Under the pieces are notes generated by a model. That model was given only the letters and a program-made list of their open reading frames with translations. It did not search any database and was not told where the DNA came from. The translations under genes were made by a program, and so were the position numbers. Source: an uncultured Lachnospira sp. (lineage in GTDB: Bacteria > Bacillota > Clostridia > Lachnospirales > Lachnospiraceae). From it: a stretch of DNA of 64,000 bases. The first letter of the stretch is position 1; each line of letters starts with the position of its first letter. The DNA is taken from assembly GCA_946186125.1 (NCBI GenBank), contig CAMHLZ010000002.1, positions 22,930-86,929 of the forward strand, written 5' to 3'. This document shows positions 38,744-49,912 of the stretch, one piece after another.

Positions 38744-40681
38744 CTAACCGATCTCCGAACCGGCAATTATATCTTTATCTACAGTAAGTACTGAAAGATT
38801 ATTCTTATCATCTTCAGCTGCAAGAATCATTCCCTGTGATTCATAACCACATAATTTTGCAGGTTTCAGATTTGTTATAACTGCCACTTTTTTGCCAACC
38901 ATTTCTTCCGGTGTGTAGTATTCAGCTATACCGGAAACTATCTGTCTTACTTCATCTCCAACACGTATCTGCGAAACTAATAGTTTTTTCGACTTCTTAA
39001 TCTTCTCACACTTAAGCACTTCGCCCACTCTTATCTGAACTTTTGCAAAGTCATCTATGCCTATCTCTGCCTTTTCCTCTACTTCCGGATACTTGACAGG
39101 TAAGTTCTTTGCCTTGAATTCTTCTGCTTTTGCAAGCACATCTTCTAAATCCATTCTCGCGAACAATATCTCCGGCGTATCTGTTACTTTATTTCCTGAA
39201 GGATATTTTCCAAATTCATCCATATCATCAAATTCACGTTTTACGGTATTAAGCTGCGCAAGAATCTTTTCTGAAATTCCAGGCATAAACGGTTCTAACA
39301 ATGATGCTCCAATTGTAATACTTTCAACAAGATTATATAATACTGTCTCAAGGCGAGGTTTTGTGCTGTCTTCTTTTGCAAGAATCCATGGGGTCGTCTC
39401 ATCTATATACTTGTTGCAGCGTTTGAACAATGCAAAAAGCTCCGTGATGGCATCTGCCACTCTGAAAGCATCCATTTTTTCAATCATTCTGTCTTTTGTA
39501 GATAATACTACCTTCTTCAGATCATCATCTACCGCATCTGTTACGTTCGTGTTATTCACTACACCATTAAAATATTTATTAGACATTGAAATGGTACGGT
39601 TCACCAGATTGCCAAGTGTGTTTGCAAGGTCAGAATTTACTCTTTCCGTTACAAGATCCCATGACAATAATCCGTCACTTTCAAACGGTATCTCGTGAAG
39701 CACGAAATATCTGACTGCATCAACGCCAAATACTTCCACAAGGTCATCTGCATATATAGTATTTCCTTTAGATTTGCTCATCTTTCCGTCATTCATAAGA
39801 AGCCACGGATGTCCGAATATCTGTTTTGGAAGCGGTAAATCCAGTGCCATGAGCATTATCGGCCAATAAATAGTATGGAATCTTAATATATCTTTTCCTA
39901 TAAGGTGTAAATCTGCAGGCCAGTATTTTGCAAACTTCTCATCACTGTTACCATCCACGTCATATCCTAATCCCGTGATGTAGTTCGAAAGTGCATCTAT
40001 CCATACGTATACAACATGTTTGTCATCAAAATCTACAGGGATACCCCATTTAAATGACGTACGTGATACACATAAATCCTGAAGTCCGGCGAGAATAAAG
40101 TTATTCATCATCTCATTTTTTCTCGACTCAGGCTGTATAAATTCCGGATGTGTGTTAATGTGCTCTATCAACCTGTCTGTATATTTTGATAATTTCAAAA
40201 AATATGCTTCTTCCTTTGCCGGCTGGCATTCTCTTCCACAATCCGGGCATTTTCCGTCTTTTAACTGTGACGATGTAAAAAACGATTCACAAGGTGTACA
40301 ATACATTCCCTCATAGAATCCTTTGTAGATATCGCCCTGGTCGTATAATTTTTTGAAAATCTTCTGAACCTGTTTTTCATGATCTGTATCTGTAGTTCTT
40401 ATAAATTTATCATAAGACGTATTCATCATATCCCATATATCTTTTATCTGAGATGAAATGTCGTCAACAAATTCCTTTGGCGATACTCCTTTTTCTTCTG
40501 CCTTTAACTCTATCTTCTGTCCATGCTCGTCTGTACCTGTCTGAAATCTTACATCATATCCCTGCTGTCTTTTAAATCTCGCAATACTGTCAGCAAGAAC
40601 TATCTCATAAGTATTTCCTATATGTGGTTTTCCCGATGTATATGCAATAGCTGTTGTTAAATAATACTTTTTCTTTTCCAT
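38744..40681 (-). CDS. metG: Methionine--tRNA ligase with C-terminal tRNA-binding (Trbp111/EMAP-like) domain
   Basis: Start MEKKKYYLTTAIAYTSGKPHIGN (HIGH-type motif) and KMSKS motif. The zinc knuckles are CTPCESF...CPDCG. The C-terminal OB domain reads VGEVLKCEKIKKSKKLLVSQI. Confidence 0.95.
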   Translation of the reverse strand: MEKKKYYLTTAIAYTSGKPHIGNTYEIVLADSIARFKRQQGYDVRFQTGTDEHGQKIELKAEEKGVSPKEFVDDISSQIKDIWDMMNTSYDKFIRTTDTDHEKQVQKIFKKLYDQGDIYKGFYEGMYCTPCESFFTSSQLKDGKCPDCGRECQPAKEEAYFLKLSKYTDRLIEHINTHPEFIQPESRKNEMMNNFILAGLQDLCVSRTSFKWGIPVDFDDKHVVYVWIDALSNYITGLGYDVDGNSDEKFAKYWPADLHLIGKDILRFHTIYWPIMLMALDLPLPKQIFGHPWLLMNDGKMSKSKGNTIYADDLVEVFGVDAVRYFVLHEIPFESDGLLSWDLVTERVNSDLANTLGNLVNRTISMSNKYFNGVVNNTNVTDAVDDDLKKVVLSTKDRMIEKMDAFRVADAITELFALFKRCNKYIDETTPWILAKEDSTKPRLETVLYNLVESITIGASLLEPFMPGISEKILAQLNTVKREFDDMDEFGKYPSGNKVTDTPEILFARMDLEDVLAKAEEFKAKNLPVKYPEVEEKAEIGIDDFAKVQIRVGEVLKCEKIKKSKKLLVSQIRVGDEVRQIVSGIAEYYTPEEMVGKKVAVITNLKPAKLCGYESQGMILAAEDDKNNLSVLTVDKDIIAGSEIG

Positions 40682-40762
40682 TGAATCTGATCCGCCTTTC
40701 GCCAATTTTTTGCACTTTTTTAATAATACATTTTTTAGAAGTATTTTGCAACCATTAAATAA

Positions 40763-42691
40763 TTAAGCCCTGTTTTCTATATATTCTAAAAATTCATCAC
40801 CGGGCAGCGGCTTTGAAAAATAATACCCCTGAAGATACTCGCATCCCATCTCCTTAAGTCTTTCCATCTGTTCTTTTGTCTCAACACCTTCGGCAACTAT
40901 TTTAAGATCCAGCTTCTGTATCATTGAAACGCTGCTTTCAAGTACTGTTCCTGCCTTTTTATTTGTAAACGCTGACCATACAATATTCTTGTCCATCTTG
41001 ATAAGGTGGAAAGGCAGATTTATGATATAGTTGATATTTGAATATCCTGAACCGTAATCGTCCAGGGAAAATGCGATTCCTTTTTCGACAAGATTCTGCA
41101 TATTACAGTTAAGCATATCTGCCGAGTTTGTTGCCGCCGTCTCCGTAACTTCTAAGTTTATCTGCGAAGGTTTTAAACCGTATTTTTTCATAATTCCTTC
41201 GACTCTTTCTACCATGTCGTGTTTCATGCATTCAACCATCGACACGTTAATTTCTATAAATTCTATGCCCTTTTTATGGAGTTCATTTTTTACCATGAAC
41301 TGGCATACGGACTCTAACACAAAATTTCCTATCTTCACTATCGAACCGTCTGATTCTGCAATAGGTATAAATTCATCCGGAGGAATGAATCCCATATCTT
41401 CGTCTATAAGTCTTACCAGTGCTTCTGCAGATAATATGCTGTCAGTTTTTGTAGAGTAGATTGGCTGATAATATACTTTAAATGATTCATTTTTTATCGC
41501 CCTGTGTATCGCTTTTCTTATATCGTTACGACGCTTACCGTATCCGCTGCTGACATCTTTCGCATATACAATACGGTTACCAGGTTCATGTACTTCTTTT
41601 GAAATGTATTCGGTACATTGTAAAATATCATCTACTTTTTCAAAATCATCAGGGCACTTGATAATACATATATCAACTGTCACAGGTACCTCCACATAAC
41701 CGCAGATCCACTCTTTAGCACACACTTCCATGACTTTCTCGGCAAGATTCTGCGCATTCTTTTTTTCTCCGTACATGAAGAGGTAAAAGCTGTTCTCATC
41801 TATTCTGTACATTTCTATATTGTACGATGTTACCTCATCTTTTACTACCTGTACAAACTGCTCCAAAAATACCTGAAGCTGTGTGACACCAAATGTCTTT
41901 TCAAGAAATTCCCATTCGTCTATCGTAACAGACACTATCTGGAACGAATTTTTTGATTTAAAACACATATTTGCTTTTTGTATAAACACATTTTTATTAA
42001 ATATACCAAGTTCTTTGTCAAGTATTTCTTCAGGGCTCTGTATTCCCAGATATAATACCATCATACTGAGCGCCAGTCCAAATGATCCGACTGAAATTTT
42101 TGGATACTTAAACTGCGTTCCCACTCCACATAGCATCAGGAACATAAAAATATAAAGGCACATTTTTCTATAATGATTCAGCACACGGCTATACGAATGT
42201 ATGAAAAATATAGAAGCCATAAAATAGAAAAATATCTGAAAATACACCAGCGCCACTACAACTAACCGCACACTTATTGTCTCACCTTTTACGTCGAACG
42301 CCCATTTAAGATATGGATTCAAAGCAATCACTACATACAACACGATTGTAGGAACACTTATTATAAAGCCTCTGTATGACTTAAAAATGGAATAAATACG
42401 TTCTATAACTGAAAGTATGTATAAAAGAAATATCGCCGGGATGGCACAACAAAATACCAAAAAGCCATATGTCAGTAATCTGAACATGGTTTCATTCATA
42501 TCTATTATGTGATTTTTATACATTCCGACCATCAAATCGCTGACCGATGTCCCCAGAGCAAGCCACATCATAACGGCAAACAGCCTGTTATGAATATTTA
42601 TCACATTCTTTTTCATATAAAACATCATCAATTCAACTACTATGATGATTACTGCACAAACATCAAAATATATTAAATAATCCATAAGCAT
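40763..42691 (-). CDS. Membrane sensor with degenerate GGDEF domain and intact EAL domain (c-di-GMP phosphodiesterase)
   Basis: About 7 TM helices. The GGDEF position reads RIDENSF. EAL signatures are QPIYS...AEALVRL, EVTE, DDYGSGYSN, KMDK, EGVET and QGYYFSKP. Confidence 0.85.
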   Translation of the reverse strand: MLMDYLIYFDVCAVIIIVVELMMFYMKKNVINIHNRLFAVMMWLALGTSVSDLMVGMYKNHIIDMNETMFRLLTYGFLVFCCAIPAIFLLYILSVIERIYSIFKSYRGFIISVPTIVLYVVIALNPYLKWAFDVKGETISVRLVVVALVYFQIFFYFMASIFFIHSYSRVLNHYRKMCLYIFMFLMLCGVGTQFKYPKISVGSFGLALSMMVLYLGIQSPEEILDKELGIFNKNVFIQKANMCFKSKNSFQIVSVTIDEWEFLEKTFGVTQLQVFLEQFVQVVKDEVTSYNIEMYRIDENSFYLFMYGEKKNAQNLAEKVMEVCAKEWICGYVEVPVTVDICIIKCPDDFEKVDDILQCTEYISKEVHEPGNRIVYAKDVSSGYGKRRNDIRKAIHRAIKNESFKVYYQPIYSTKTDSILSAEALVRLIDEDMGFIPPDEFIPIAESDGSIVKIGNFVLESVCQFMVKNELHKKGIEFIEINVSMVECMKHDMVERVEGIMKKYGLKPSQINLEVTETAATNSADMLNCNMQNLVEKGIAFSLDDYGSGYSNINYIINLPFHLIKMDKNIVWSAFTNKKAGTVLESSVSMIQKLDLKIVAEGVETKEQMERLKEMGCEYLQGYYFSKPLPGDEFLEYIENRA

Positions 42692-42841
42692 TCTCCCTGT
42701 TTTTCATAATCACACATATTTTAATTTTACACCAAAAAGCTTTAAATCTCAACACTTATAACTACTCTTACTAATTTTTTTCATTGATTCTGTTTTGTTC
42801 ACATATAATCTTATTAACCTGATATATTTATGTAAGTGGCT

Positions 42842-44533
42842 ATGAAAAAATATTTTTTATTTTGTATTTTATTATTTTTGATGTTTCTTTGCGGATGTGC
42901 GGATGAAAACCAGAAATTCGACACATTCACAGATTCTGTTTTTGAAGAAGCCCTCACCGGCAATACTTTAAATCTCCATTTTCTTATATCCGATACATCA
43001 GATTTCGCTCCGTATAAGGTTTCACTTGGTGATTTTTCAGATGATTCGTTCAAATGCACTTCTGCTTTGCTAAAATCTAAGATTAAGGTTTTAAATTCTT
43101 TTAAGTACAATAACCTTTCAAAAGACAGACAATTCACTTATAAGATTCTTTTGACACAGTATAAAGACGAACTAAAATATTGTGATTATTATTATCTTAA
43201 TGAATTTTTGAATTTTTCAGGCGGATGGCAGAATACTCTACCTGCTTACCTGCTGGAATTCAAATTCAGAAGCAAAAGAGATATTGATGATTACCTGAAA
43301 ACTTTGAAAATATCCGAGGATTTTTTTAACAGTCTGCTGGATTTTGAGAAAAAAAAGAGCAGCCTGGGACTTTTTATGAATAATTTCCAGGCTGACAAAA
43401 CTATTGCCGAGTGCCGTTCTTTTATAAAAGATGCTGACCGGCATTATCTTATTACTTCGTTTAACCGTAAAATAAATTCTGCCGTTTTTCTTTCTGACAG
43501 GGAAAAGCGGGCTTATACGAGAGTTAACGTTAAATATTTGAACAGTTATTTTTTTCCTTCTTACGAAAAAATCGCAGATACTCTTGAAACTTTAAAATCC
43601 ACCGCTAAAAATTTTGGAGGACTCTGTCATTATCCGGGCGGTAAAAATTTTTATGAGGGTCTTATACGAAGTAACACAGGCTCTGACAAGTCTGTGGCTG
43701 AAATAGAAGATATGCTTGAAGATTCTCTTGCTGATGATTTTGTCAAAATAAGCAGGATTGTCAAATCAGGTTTTAACGCCGATGTTCCAAAAAAATACTC
43801 ACATACATCCGATATTCTGCCTAATCTTTATGTGGATATGCAAAATTTTTTTCCTGAACCTGCAATCGGCGTGGACAGTTACCGGCTCGAAACCGTCCCC
43901 AAGTCAGCACAGAATCATGAAGCTCCGGCTTACTATATGATTCCTCCAATTGACTTAATAAACGATAATGTAATATACATCAACAAAAAATATTATCCTG
44001 TTGATGATACGCCTCGCCTTATCCCTGTTCTGGCTCACGAAGGTTTTCCGGGGCATATGTATCAGACTACTTATTTCAGAAGCATGAATCCTTCGAAAAT
44101 AAGATTTTTACTGAATTTTCCGGGTTATACTGAAGGGTATGGAACATATGCAGAAATAATGTCTTTTTATATCGCAGGATTTGATAAAAAGTGTGCTGAC
44201 TATTTAGCCGCAAATACATTATTTTCGCTGGAATTGTATTCATTATTCGATATTTATGTAAATTACGAGGGTAAATCTTTTAATGAAATATTAAAAATCG
44301 GTACCGGTTTGGGAATGGACACTGATTCCGTACTGGATGTTTATCAATATGTCATTGATAATCCCTGTAATTATCTGAGGTATTCAGTCGGTTATCACGA
44401 AATACTTGAACTTAAATCAGAGTATAGAAATATGTTTAAAAATGATTTTTCGCTTATGCATTTTCACGAATTTTTATTAAAAAAAGGTCCTGCACAGTTT
44501 GAACTTATTCGTCAAACCATGCAGGACGGATGA
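42842..44533 (+). CDS. DUF885 family lipoprotein (metallopeptidase-like)
   Basis: Start MKKYFLF with lipobox LCGCADE. The HEGFPGHMYQ motif is typical of DUF885. Confidence 0.75.
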   Translation: MKKYFLFCILLFLMFLCGCADENQKFDTFTDSVFEEALTGNTLNLHFLISDTSDFAPYKVSLGDFSDDSFKCTSALLKSKIKVLNSFKYNNLSKDRQFTYKILLTQYKDELKYCDYYYLNEFLNFSGGWQNTLPAYLLEFKFRSKRDIDDYLKTLKISEDFFNSLLDFEKKKSSLGLFMNNFQADKTIAECRSFIKDADRHYLITSFNRKINSAVFLSDREKRAYTRVNVKYLNSYFFPSYEKIADTLETLKSTAKNFGGLCHYPGGKNFYEGLIRSNTGSDKSVAEIEDMLEDSLADDFVKISRIVKSGFNADVPKKYSHTSDILPNLYVDMQNFFPEPAIGVDSYRLETVPKSAQNHEAPAYYMIPPIDLINDNVIYINKKYYPVDDTPRLIPVLAHEGFPGHMYQTTYFRSMNPSKIRFLLNFPGYTEGYGTYAEIMSFYIAGFDKKCADYLAANTLFSLELYSLFDIYVNYEGKSFNEILKIGTGLGMDTDSVLDVYQYVIDNPCNYLRYSVGYHEILELKSEYRNMFKNDFSLMHFHEFLLKKGPAQFELIRQTMQDG

Positions 44534-46360
44534 TTATTTTATTTTTGTGCCTGTCGCTGAAGTTAATGCTGATTTCAGCATTACTTCTCCCGATAATCTG
44601 ATGGCACGTATTTTAAAGTAGTAATTCTTACCCGGATTAAGCGTTCCCATTGAATATCTGTCAGTATCACTTGTGATCGTGTGTATCAGTCTGAATCCTC
44701 CTGATTTTTTAGTCGACATGTATATCTCGTATCCTGTCGCACCTACGGCACGATCCCATGTAAGCGTAACGCTTCCTGTGGTTGTGCTCTGGGCACTTAA
44801 ATTTTTCACTCTGCCCGGTCCCGATATACCCTGTATTACATTTGATGCTTTACTGTATATAACTCCGGACGGAGTTCTCTGTGCAGCAATAACTCTATAT
44901 TCATATACTACACCTGCTTTTACGTCTGTATCTACGTAATTTGTTCCCTTACCTGCGGCAATCTTTACATATTTTCCTGTATTATCAGTGCGTCTGTATA
45001 TTTTATATACACTTGCATTTTTTATCGCATTCCAGCTTATCTTTATGCTTGACTTTGTAACAGTTGTCGCTGACACACCATTCGGCGCACTTATGAAGGT
45101 CTTAGCTGTAACATTTTTAGAAAACTCTCCAAAATATTCCACGCCGGCAATTCCTGTATATGCACATACTTTGTATATGTACTTCTGCTTAGGTTCAAGG
45201 TTATTGTCCTCAAATCTTGTTCCTATGGTAACTGCAACTCTTAAAAACTTTTTATCTCCGCTCTTTTTGCGGTAAACGATATATCTTGTTGAGCCCGCAA
45301 CGCCATTCCATGTTATAACTGCACTTGTAGCACTCTTTACTTCTTTTTTCACATTCTTCGGTGCCGGGAGGTATACACCCTGTGATATATCGACTGACGG
45401 TTTATTGTTAATGTTCATACTCGTACCTGTATAACGATAATTAACATCTACCGCCGTATCAATACCCGGTATCCTTTCGGATGAACTATACTGCCACATT
45501 CTGTATTTTCCTGAATATGTACAATAATTCGAATATTGGGCAACCCACTTTTCCCATGCTGAAAATCTTGGGTCTGTTAAAATGCTTGTAAACCAGTATG
45601 TATTTGCATATATACCTACATCATATCCGGAACCCTTTACGATATCACAAAAAGTCTGTGCCATGTCTCCCTTTACCGAGGCAGGTACCGTCCCCGTAGT
45701 AGGGCCATCCTCTAAATCATAATAAACAGGATATGTCAGTTTATAGTTTTTAATCAGTCTCAATACATGGTATGCTTCTGATGATGCCTGAGCCGTACTT
45801 GTCGCATACGAGTAAATATATACGCCAAACGGTATGCCTAAGCGTGTACATTCATTTGCATTTCTGACCCATTGTACATCATCCTGGCTTTCATAATTAT
45901 CTCCATATCCTACTCTCAAAATCGCAAAATCAACATTCGATTTTACCGTATCCCAGTCTATCGTGCCATTATGTCTGGACACATCTATTCCTACAACTTT
46001 ATTTTTTCCCGTGACACGTTTTGAATCTTCACTAACAACTCCTATGGAAGTATATGCTTTCACTTTGAAGTAGTACTTCTGTCTGTCATTAAGCCCCGTT
46101 ATCATTACACCGGTTGTATTATGTACATTTATTACTTTGTATCCGGTGTCTTTCCGGGTAGAATAATACAGATAGTATCCGTCTGCCCCGGTCACTTTAC
46201 TCCATCTCACATATAACATATTAAGTCTGGGATTGTATGCCTTAACATTTTTCGGTCTGCCCAGCTGTGTAGTAGCCTTTACATTAAGAGTGTTTCCGTC
46301 AAATGCCAGTATAACGAATAACACTAATGCGCAAAATATCACTCTTGCGTACTTTCTCAT
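44534..46360 (-). CDS. Secreted GH25 muramidase flanked by fibronectin type III-like modules
   Basis: Signal peptide present. GH25 motif GIDVSRHNGTIDWDTVKSNVDFAILRVGYG plus WQYSS. One FN3-like module lies N-terminal and three C-terminal (for example VTLTWDRAVGATGYEIYMS...YYFKIRA). Confidence 0.85.
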   Translation of the reverse strand: MRKYARVIFCALVLFVILAFDGNTLNVKATTQLGRPKNVKAYNPRLNMLYVRWSKVTGADGYYLYYSTRKDTGYKVINVHNTTGVMITGLNDRQKYYFKVKAYTSIGVVSEDSKRVTGKNKVVGIDVSRHNGTIDWDTVKSNVDFAILRVGYGDNYESQDDVQWVRNANECTRLGIPFGVYIYSYATSTAQASSEAYHVLRLIKNYKLTYPVYYDLEDGPTTGTVPASVKGDMAQTFCDIVKGSGYDVGIYANTYWFTSILTDPRFSAWEKWVAQYSNYCTYSGKYRMWQYSSSERIPGIDTAVDVNYRYTGTSMNINNKPSVDISQGVYLPAPKNVKKEVKSATSAVITWNGVAGSTRYIVYRKKSGDKKFLRVAVTIGTRFEDNNLEPKQKYIYKVCAYTGIAGVEYFGEFSKNVTAKTFISAPNGVSATTVTKSSIKISWNAIKNASVYKIYRRTDNTGKYVKIAAGKGTNYVDTDVKAGVVYEYRVIAAQRTPSGVIYSKASNVIQGISGPGRVKNLSAQSTTTGSVTLTWDRAVGATGYEIYMSTKKSGGFRLIHTITSDTDRYSMGTLNPGKNYYFKIRAIRLSGEVMLKSALTSATGTKIK

Positions 46361-46456
46361 ATTTTCATCCTTCCTTTTTCTACAATTAACTACATTTGTA
46401 CGAGATTTATTATCGCAAATTATTACATGAAAATCAATAGAATTTTAAAAAAACTA

Positions 46457-46485
46457 TTGACAAATTTATCCCCCCGCTGTAGAAT
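46457..46485 (+). promoter_or_regulatory. trp operon promoter
   Basis: TTGACA (46457-46462), 17-nt spacer, TAGAAT (46480-46485), directly upstream of the T-box leader. Confidence 0.6.
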
Positions 46486-46499
46486 TCCAATTAATAGCA

Positions 46500-46767
46500 A
46501 AACCGATGAGCAAGAGGAGTAGCTAGGACGCCGTGTTTTCAGAGAGTCGCAGATGGTGTGATTGCGATATCACAGTTTTAGTGAATGGACTTGTGAGGGT
46601 GACCTGAAATCTTTACGAGAGTAGGTGTCAACGGGAATCCCGTCCGTTACCATAGGGATGCATATGATTGTATGTAAGAGAGTGGGTATGTTTATACCAA
46701 TATGGGTGGTACCGCAGAAGTGATTATTATAGCTTTTGTCCCTGTTACAGGGACAAAGGCTTTTTTT
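46500..46767 (+). promoter_or_regulatory. T-box leader (tRNA-Trp specific) with terminator, controlling trpEGDCBA
   Basis: Stem I GA motif CGATGAG..AGAGGAGTA, AG box AGAGAG (46541) and distal loop TGGTGTGA. The specifier loop GAA-TGG-A has TGG at 46586-46588. The T-box sequence TGGGTGGTACCGC lies at 46703-46715. The terminator AGCTTTTGTCCCTG-TTAC-AGGGACAAAGGCT plus T7 lies at 46731-46767. Confidence 0.9.
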
Positions 46768-46847
46768 GATTTGATTTCACAGGGTATAAATCCAGCCCGT
46801 CATTCGCAATCCGTGAAATCAAGCACGACACGAGAAAGGAGTTTATT

Positions 46848-48308
46848 ATGGCTATACCAACATCTGATAATATTAATCAATACAAAGGAACTTACAATAT
46901 GGTTCCAATCGCTGAGGAAATATACGCTGACGTAATCACACCGATTACCCTGCTTCGCAGACTTTCCACAATCAGTAAGAACTTTTATCTGTTAGAGAGT
47001 ATCGAAAACGGTTCAAGATGGGGAAGATATTCTTTTCTTGGATTTAATCCGTTAATGCATGTTACATGCAAGAATCATACAGTAACGATAAAAAGCGGAG
47101 ACATTACTAACACCGAGACTGGAGATGCGATGGATATCTTACGCAGGCTTCACGGAAAATACAAATCACCTCATATCGATGGAATGCCTCCTTTTACAGG
47201 CGGATTTGTAGGATACTTTTCATATGAAATGATTGGTTATGCAGAGCCAAAACTTAATCTGAAAGAAAATGACTTTAACGATTATGACCTGATGCTCTTT
47301 GATAAGGTAATCGCTTATGACCACCTTAAACAGAAGATTATCATTGTAGTCAACATTAACCCCGAGGATGGCTTGCAGGCCTACAATGCAGCATTATTAG
47401 AAATCAAAAAGATAATCCAGCTTATATATGATACTACTCCTCTTCCAAAGGAGATTGCTCCGGAGAATGTGGATTTCAAATGCAATCTTACTAAAGAAGA
47501 GTACTGTGGAATGGTTGATAAGACAATCAACTATATCCGCGAAGGAGATATTTTCCAGGGTGTTATATCGAGAAGATTCGAAGCTGAATACAATGGAAGC
47601 CTGTTAAATACTTACCGTGTACTAAGAACTACAAATCCTTCACCGTATATGTATTTTATCCAGAGTGATAATGTACAAATAGCCGGTTCTTCACCGGAGA
47701 CAATGATTAAACTTCAGGACGGAAAACTCACTACATTTCCGGTAGCCGGAACAAGACCACGCGGATTGACACCTGAAGAAGATAAATCTCTTGAAAAAGA
47801 ACTTCTAAAAGATGAAAAAGAACTTGCGGAACACAATATGTTAGTTGACCTTGCAAGAAATGACGTTGGAAAAATTGCTCAGTATGGAAGCGTATATGTT
47901 GAGGATTATATGAGTATACACAGATTCTCAAAGGTAATGCATATCGCTTCTGTTGTATGCGGAAAAATCAGAGACGGCAAAGACGGCTGCGACACCATTG
48001 CTTCACTTCTGCCGGCAGGAACACTCTCAGGTGCTCCTAAATTCAGGGCATGTGAGATTATTAATGAATTAGAGCCATGTGCCAGAGGGGTCTACGGCGG
48101 CGCAATCGGTTATCTTGATTTTTCGGGTAACCTCGATGTATGTATCGCAATCCGTACAGCTGTCAAGAAAGATAACAATGTATATGTCCAGGCGGGCGCG
48201 GGAGTTGTGGCAGATTCCATACCTGAAAATGAATATCAGGAGTGTGCAAATAAGGCAGGCGCCGTTATAGATGCAATCAAAAGAGCAAGCGAGGTGAATG
48301 ATAAATGA
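46848..48308 (+). CDS. trpE: Anthranilate synthase component I
   Basis: 486 aa. [16 protein letters not shown] and the chorismate-binding C-terminal half ([23 protein letters not shown]). AAAGGAG RBS. Confidence 0.95.
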   Translation: MAIPTSDNINQYKGTYNMVPIAEEIYADVITPITLLRRLSTISKNFYLLESIENGSRWGRYSFLGFNPLMHVTCKNHTVTIKSGDITNTETGDAMDILRRLHGKYKSPHIDGMPPFTGGFVGYFSYEMIGYAEPKLNLKENDFNDYDLMLFDKVIAYDHLKQKIIIVVNINPEDGLQAYNAALLEIKKIIQLIYDTTPLPKEIAPENVDFKCNLTKEEYCGMVDKTINYIREGDIFQGVISRRFEAEYNGSLLNTYRVLRTTNPSPYMYFIQSDNVQIAGSSPETMIKLQDGKLTTFPVAGTRPRGLTPEEDKSLEKELLKDEKELAEHNMLVDLARNDVGKIAQYGSVYVEDYMSIHRFSKVMHIASVVCGKIRDGKDGCDTIASLLPAGTLSGAPKFRACEIINELEPCARGVYGGAIGYLDFSGNLDVCIAIRTAVKKDNNVYVQAGAGVVADSIPENEYQECANKAGAVIDAIKRASEVNDK

Positions 48309-48871
48309 TACTTCTTATAGATAATTATGATAGTTTTTCCTATAATCTGGTTCAATTAATCGGAGAAATTGCAAAAGAAGAAATTCGCGTAATACGTAAT
48401 GACGAACTTACAGTTGATGAAATAAAAGCACTTTCACCATCACACATTATACTTTCACCAGGTCCCGGAAGGCCAGAAAATGCTGGTGTTTGTGAAGATG
48501 TTATCAGACAGATGAAAGAAACTACTCCTATACTGGGTGTATGTCTCGGACATCAGGCTATTTGCGAAACTTTTGGTGCAGCCATTACATATGCAAAGGC
48601 CCTTATGCACGGCAAAAAAAGTGTAATTGCCATAGAAGACGATCCTGTCTTTACCGGCATTAGTTCAAACGCTACGGTTGCCAGATATCACTCTCTTGCT
48701 GCAGATAAAAACACAATGCCTGATTGTCTGAAAGTTATTGCAACCGCTGATGACGGCGAGATCATGGCTGTAAAACACATTGAATATAAGATATACGGAT
48801 TTCAATTTCATCCGGAATCAGTACTGACTCCTGAAGGAAAAACGATGCTTAAAAACTTTTTAGAAATATAA
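48305..48871 (+). CDS. trpG: Anthranilate synthase component II (glutamine amidotransferase)
   Basis: 188 aa. The catalytic triad context is GVCLGHQ and FQFHPES. ATGA overlap with trpE. Confidence 0.93.
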   Translation: MILLIDNYDSFSYNLVQLIGEIAKEEIRVIRNDELTVDEIKALSPSHIILSPGPGRPENAGVCEDVIRQMKETTPILGVCLGHQAICETFGAAITYAKALMHGKKSVIAIEDDPVFTGISSNATVARYHSLAADKNTMPDCLKVIATADDGEIMAVKHIEYKIYGFQFHPESVLTPEGKTMLKNFLEI

Positions 48872-48890
48872 TTGAAATGAGGTAATAAAA

Positions 48891-49898
48891 ATGATTAAAG
48901 AAGCTACAAAAAAAGTATCAGAAGGACAGGATTTAACTTATAAGGAGGCAATTGCAGTAATGCATGAAATTATGAGCGGTGAAGCTTCACAAATGCTTAC
49001 GGCTGCTTATCTTACTGCATTAAAGATGAAAGGCGAGTCTATCGATGAAATTTCCGCAAGTGCAGAAGGAATGAGAAGTCACGCAATTAATCTTGATTAT
49101 GATAGCGACCTTTTAGAAATTGTCGGTACGGGCGGTGACGAAGCTAATTCATTCAACATTTCAACCGCTTCATCTATCGTGGTATCTTCTCTCGGTATTC
49201 CGGTAGCTAAACACGGTAACAGAAGCGTATCAAGCAAATGTGGTGCCGCAGATGTTTTAGAAGCTTCAGGTGTAAATATTTCAATCTCCCCTGAAAAAAG
49301 CACTGAAATATTAAAAGAAATCGGTCTTTGTTTTATGTTTGCACAGACTTATCATACAGCCATGAAGTATGTGGCTCCGGTAAGAAAAGAGCTTGGGTAC
49401 CGCACACTGTTTAATATCTTAGGTCCTCTTACAAACCCTGCAAAAGCTGACTATCAGCTTCTCGGTGTATATGATGAATCTTTAGTTGAGCCTCTCGCAA
49501 AGGTTCTTATTAAACTCGGTGTTAAAAAAGGTATGGTTGTATACGGTCAGGATAAACTTGATGAAATCTCATTAAGTGCAAATACAACCTGTTGCGAAAT
49601 CCAGAACGGAAAGATTACTTCTTATGTATTAAATCCTGAAGATTACGGTTTTAAAAAGTGTACAAAAGATGCTCTTGTAGGCGGAAATCCTGAAGAAAAT
49701 GCCATTATTTTAAAGAATATTTTAAACGGTACCGAAAAAGGTGCAAAACGTGATGCCGTAGTGCTTAACTCTGCCGCATGTATTCATATGATTAAGGGAG
49801 TTTCTTTTGAAGAAGCCATTAATCAGGTAAATGAAACAATAGACAGCGGCGCTGCAATGAAACAGTTAGAGAAATTCATAGAACTTTCTAACAAATAA
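48891..49898 (+). CDS. trpD: Anthranilate phosphoribosyltransferase
   Basis: 335 aa. Motifs VGTGGDEANSFNISTAS and KHGNRSVSSKCGAADVLEA. Confidence 0.95.
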   Translation: MIKEATKKVSEGQDLTYKEAIAVMHEIMSGEASQMLTAAYLTALKMKGESIDEISASAEGMRSHAINLDYDSDLLEIVGTGGDEANSFNISTASSIVVSSLGIPVAKHGNRSVSSKCGAADVLEASGVNISISPEKSTEILKEIGLCFMFAQTYHTAMKYVAPVRKELGYRTLFNILGPLTNPAKADYQLLGVYDESLVEPLAKVLIKLGVKKGMVVYGQDKLDEISLSANTTCCEIQNGKITSYVLNPEDYGFKKCTKDALVGGNPEENAIILKNILNGTEKGAKRDAVVLNSAACIHMIKGVSFEEAINQVNETIDSGAAMKQLEKFIELSNK

Positions 49899-49912
49899 AC
49901 GGAGTAAAAATT

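Noticed and set aside
46702-46935. 77-aa ORF spanning the T-box core and the start of trpE.
   Set aside because: It starts inside the conserved T-box/terminator RNA and overlaps trpE out of frame. The RNA element explains this sequence.
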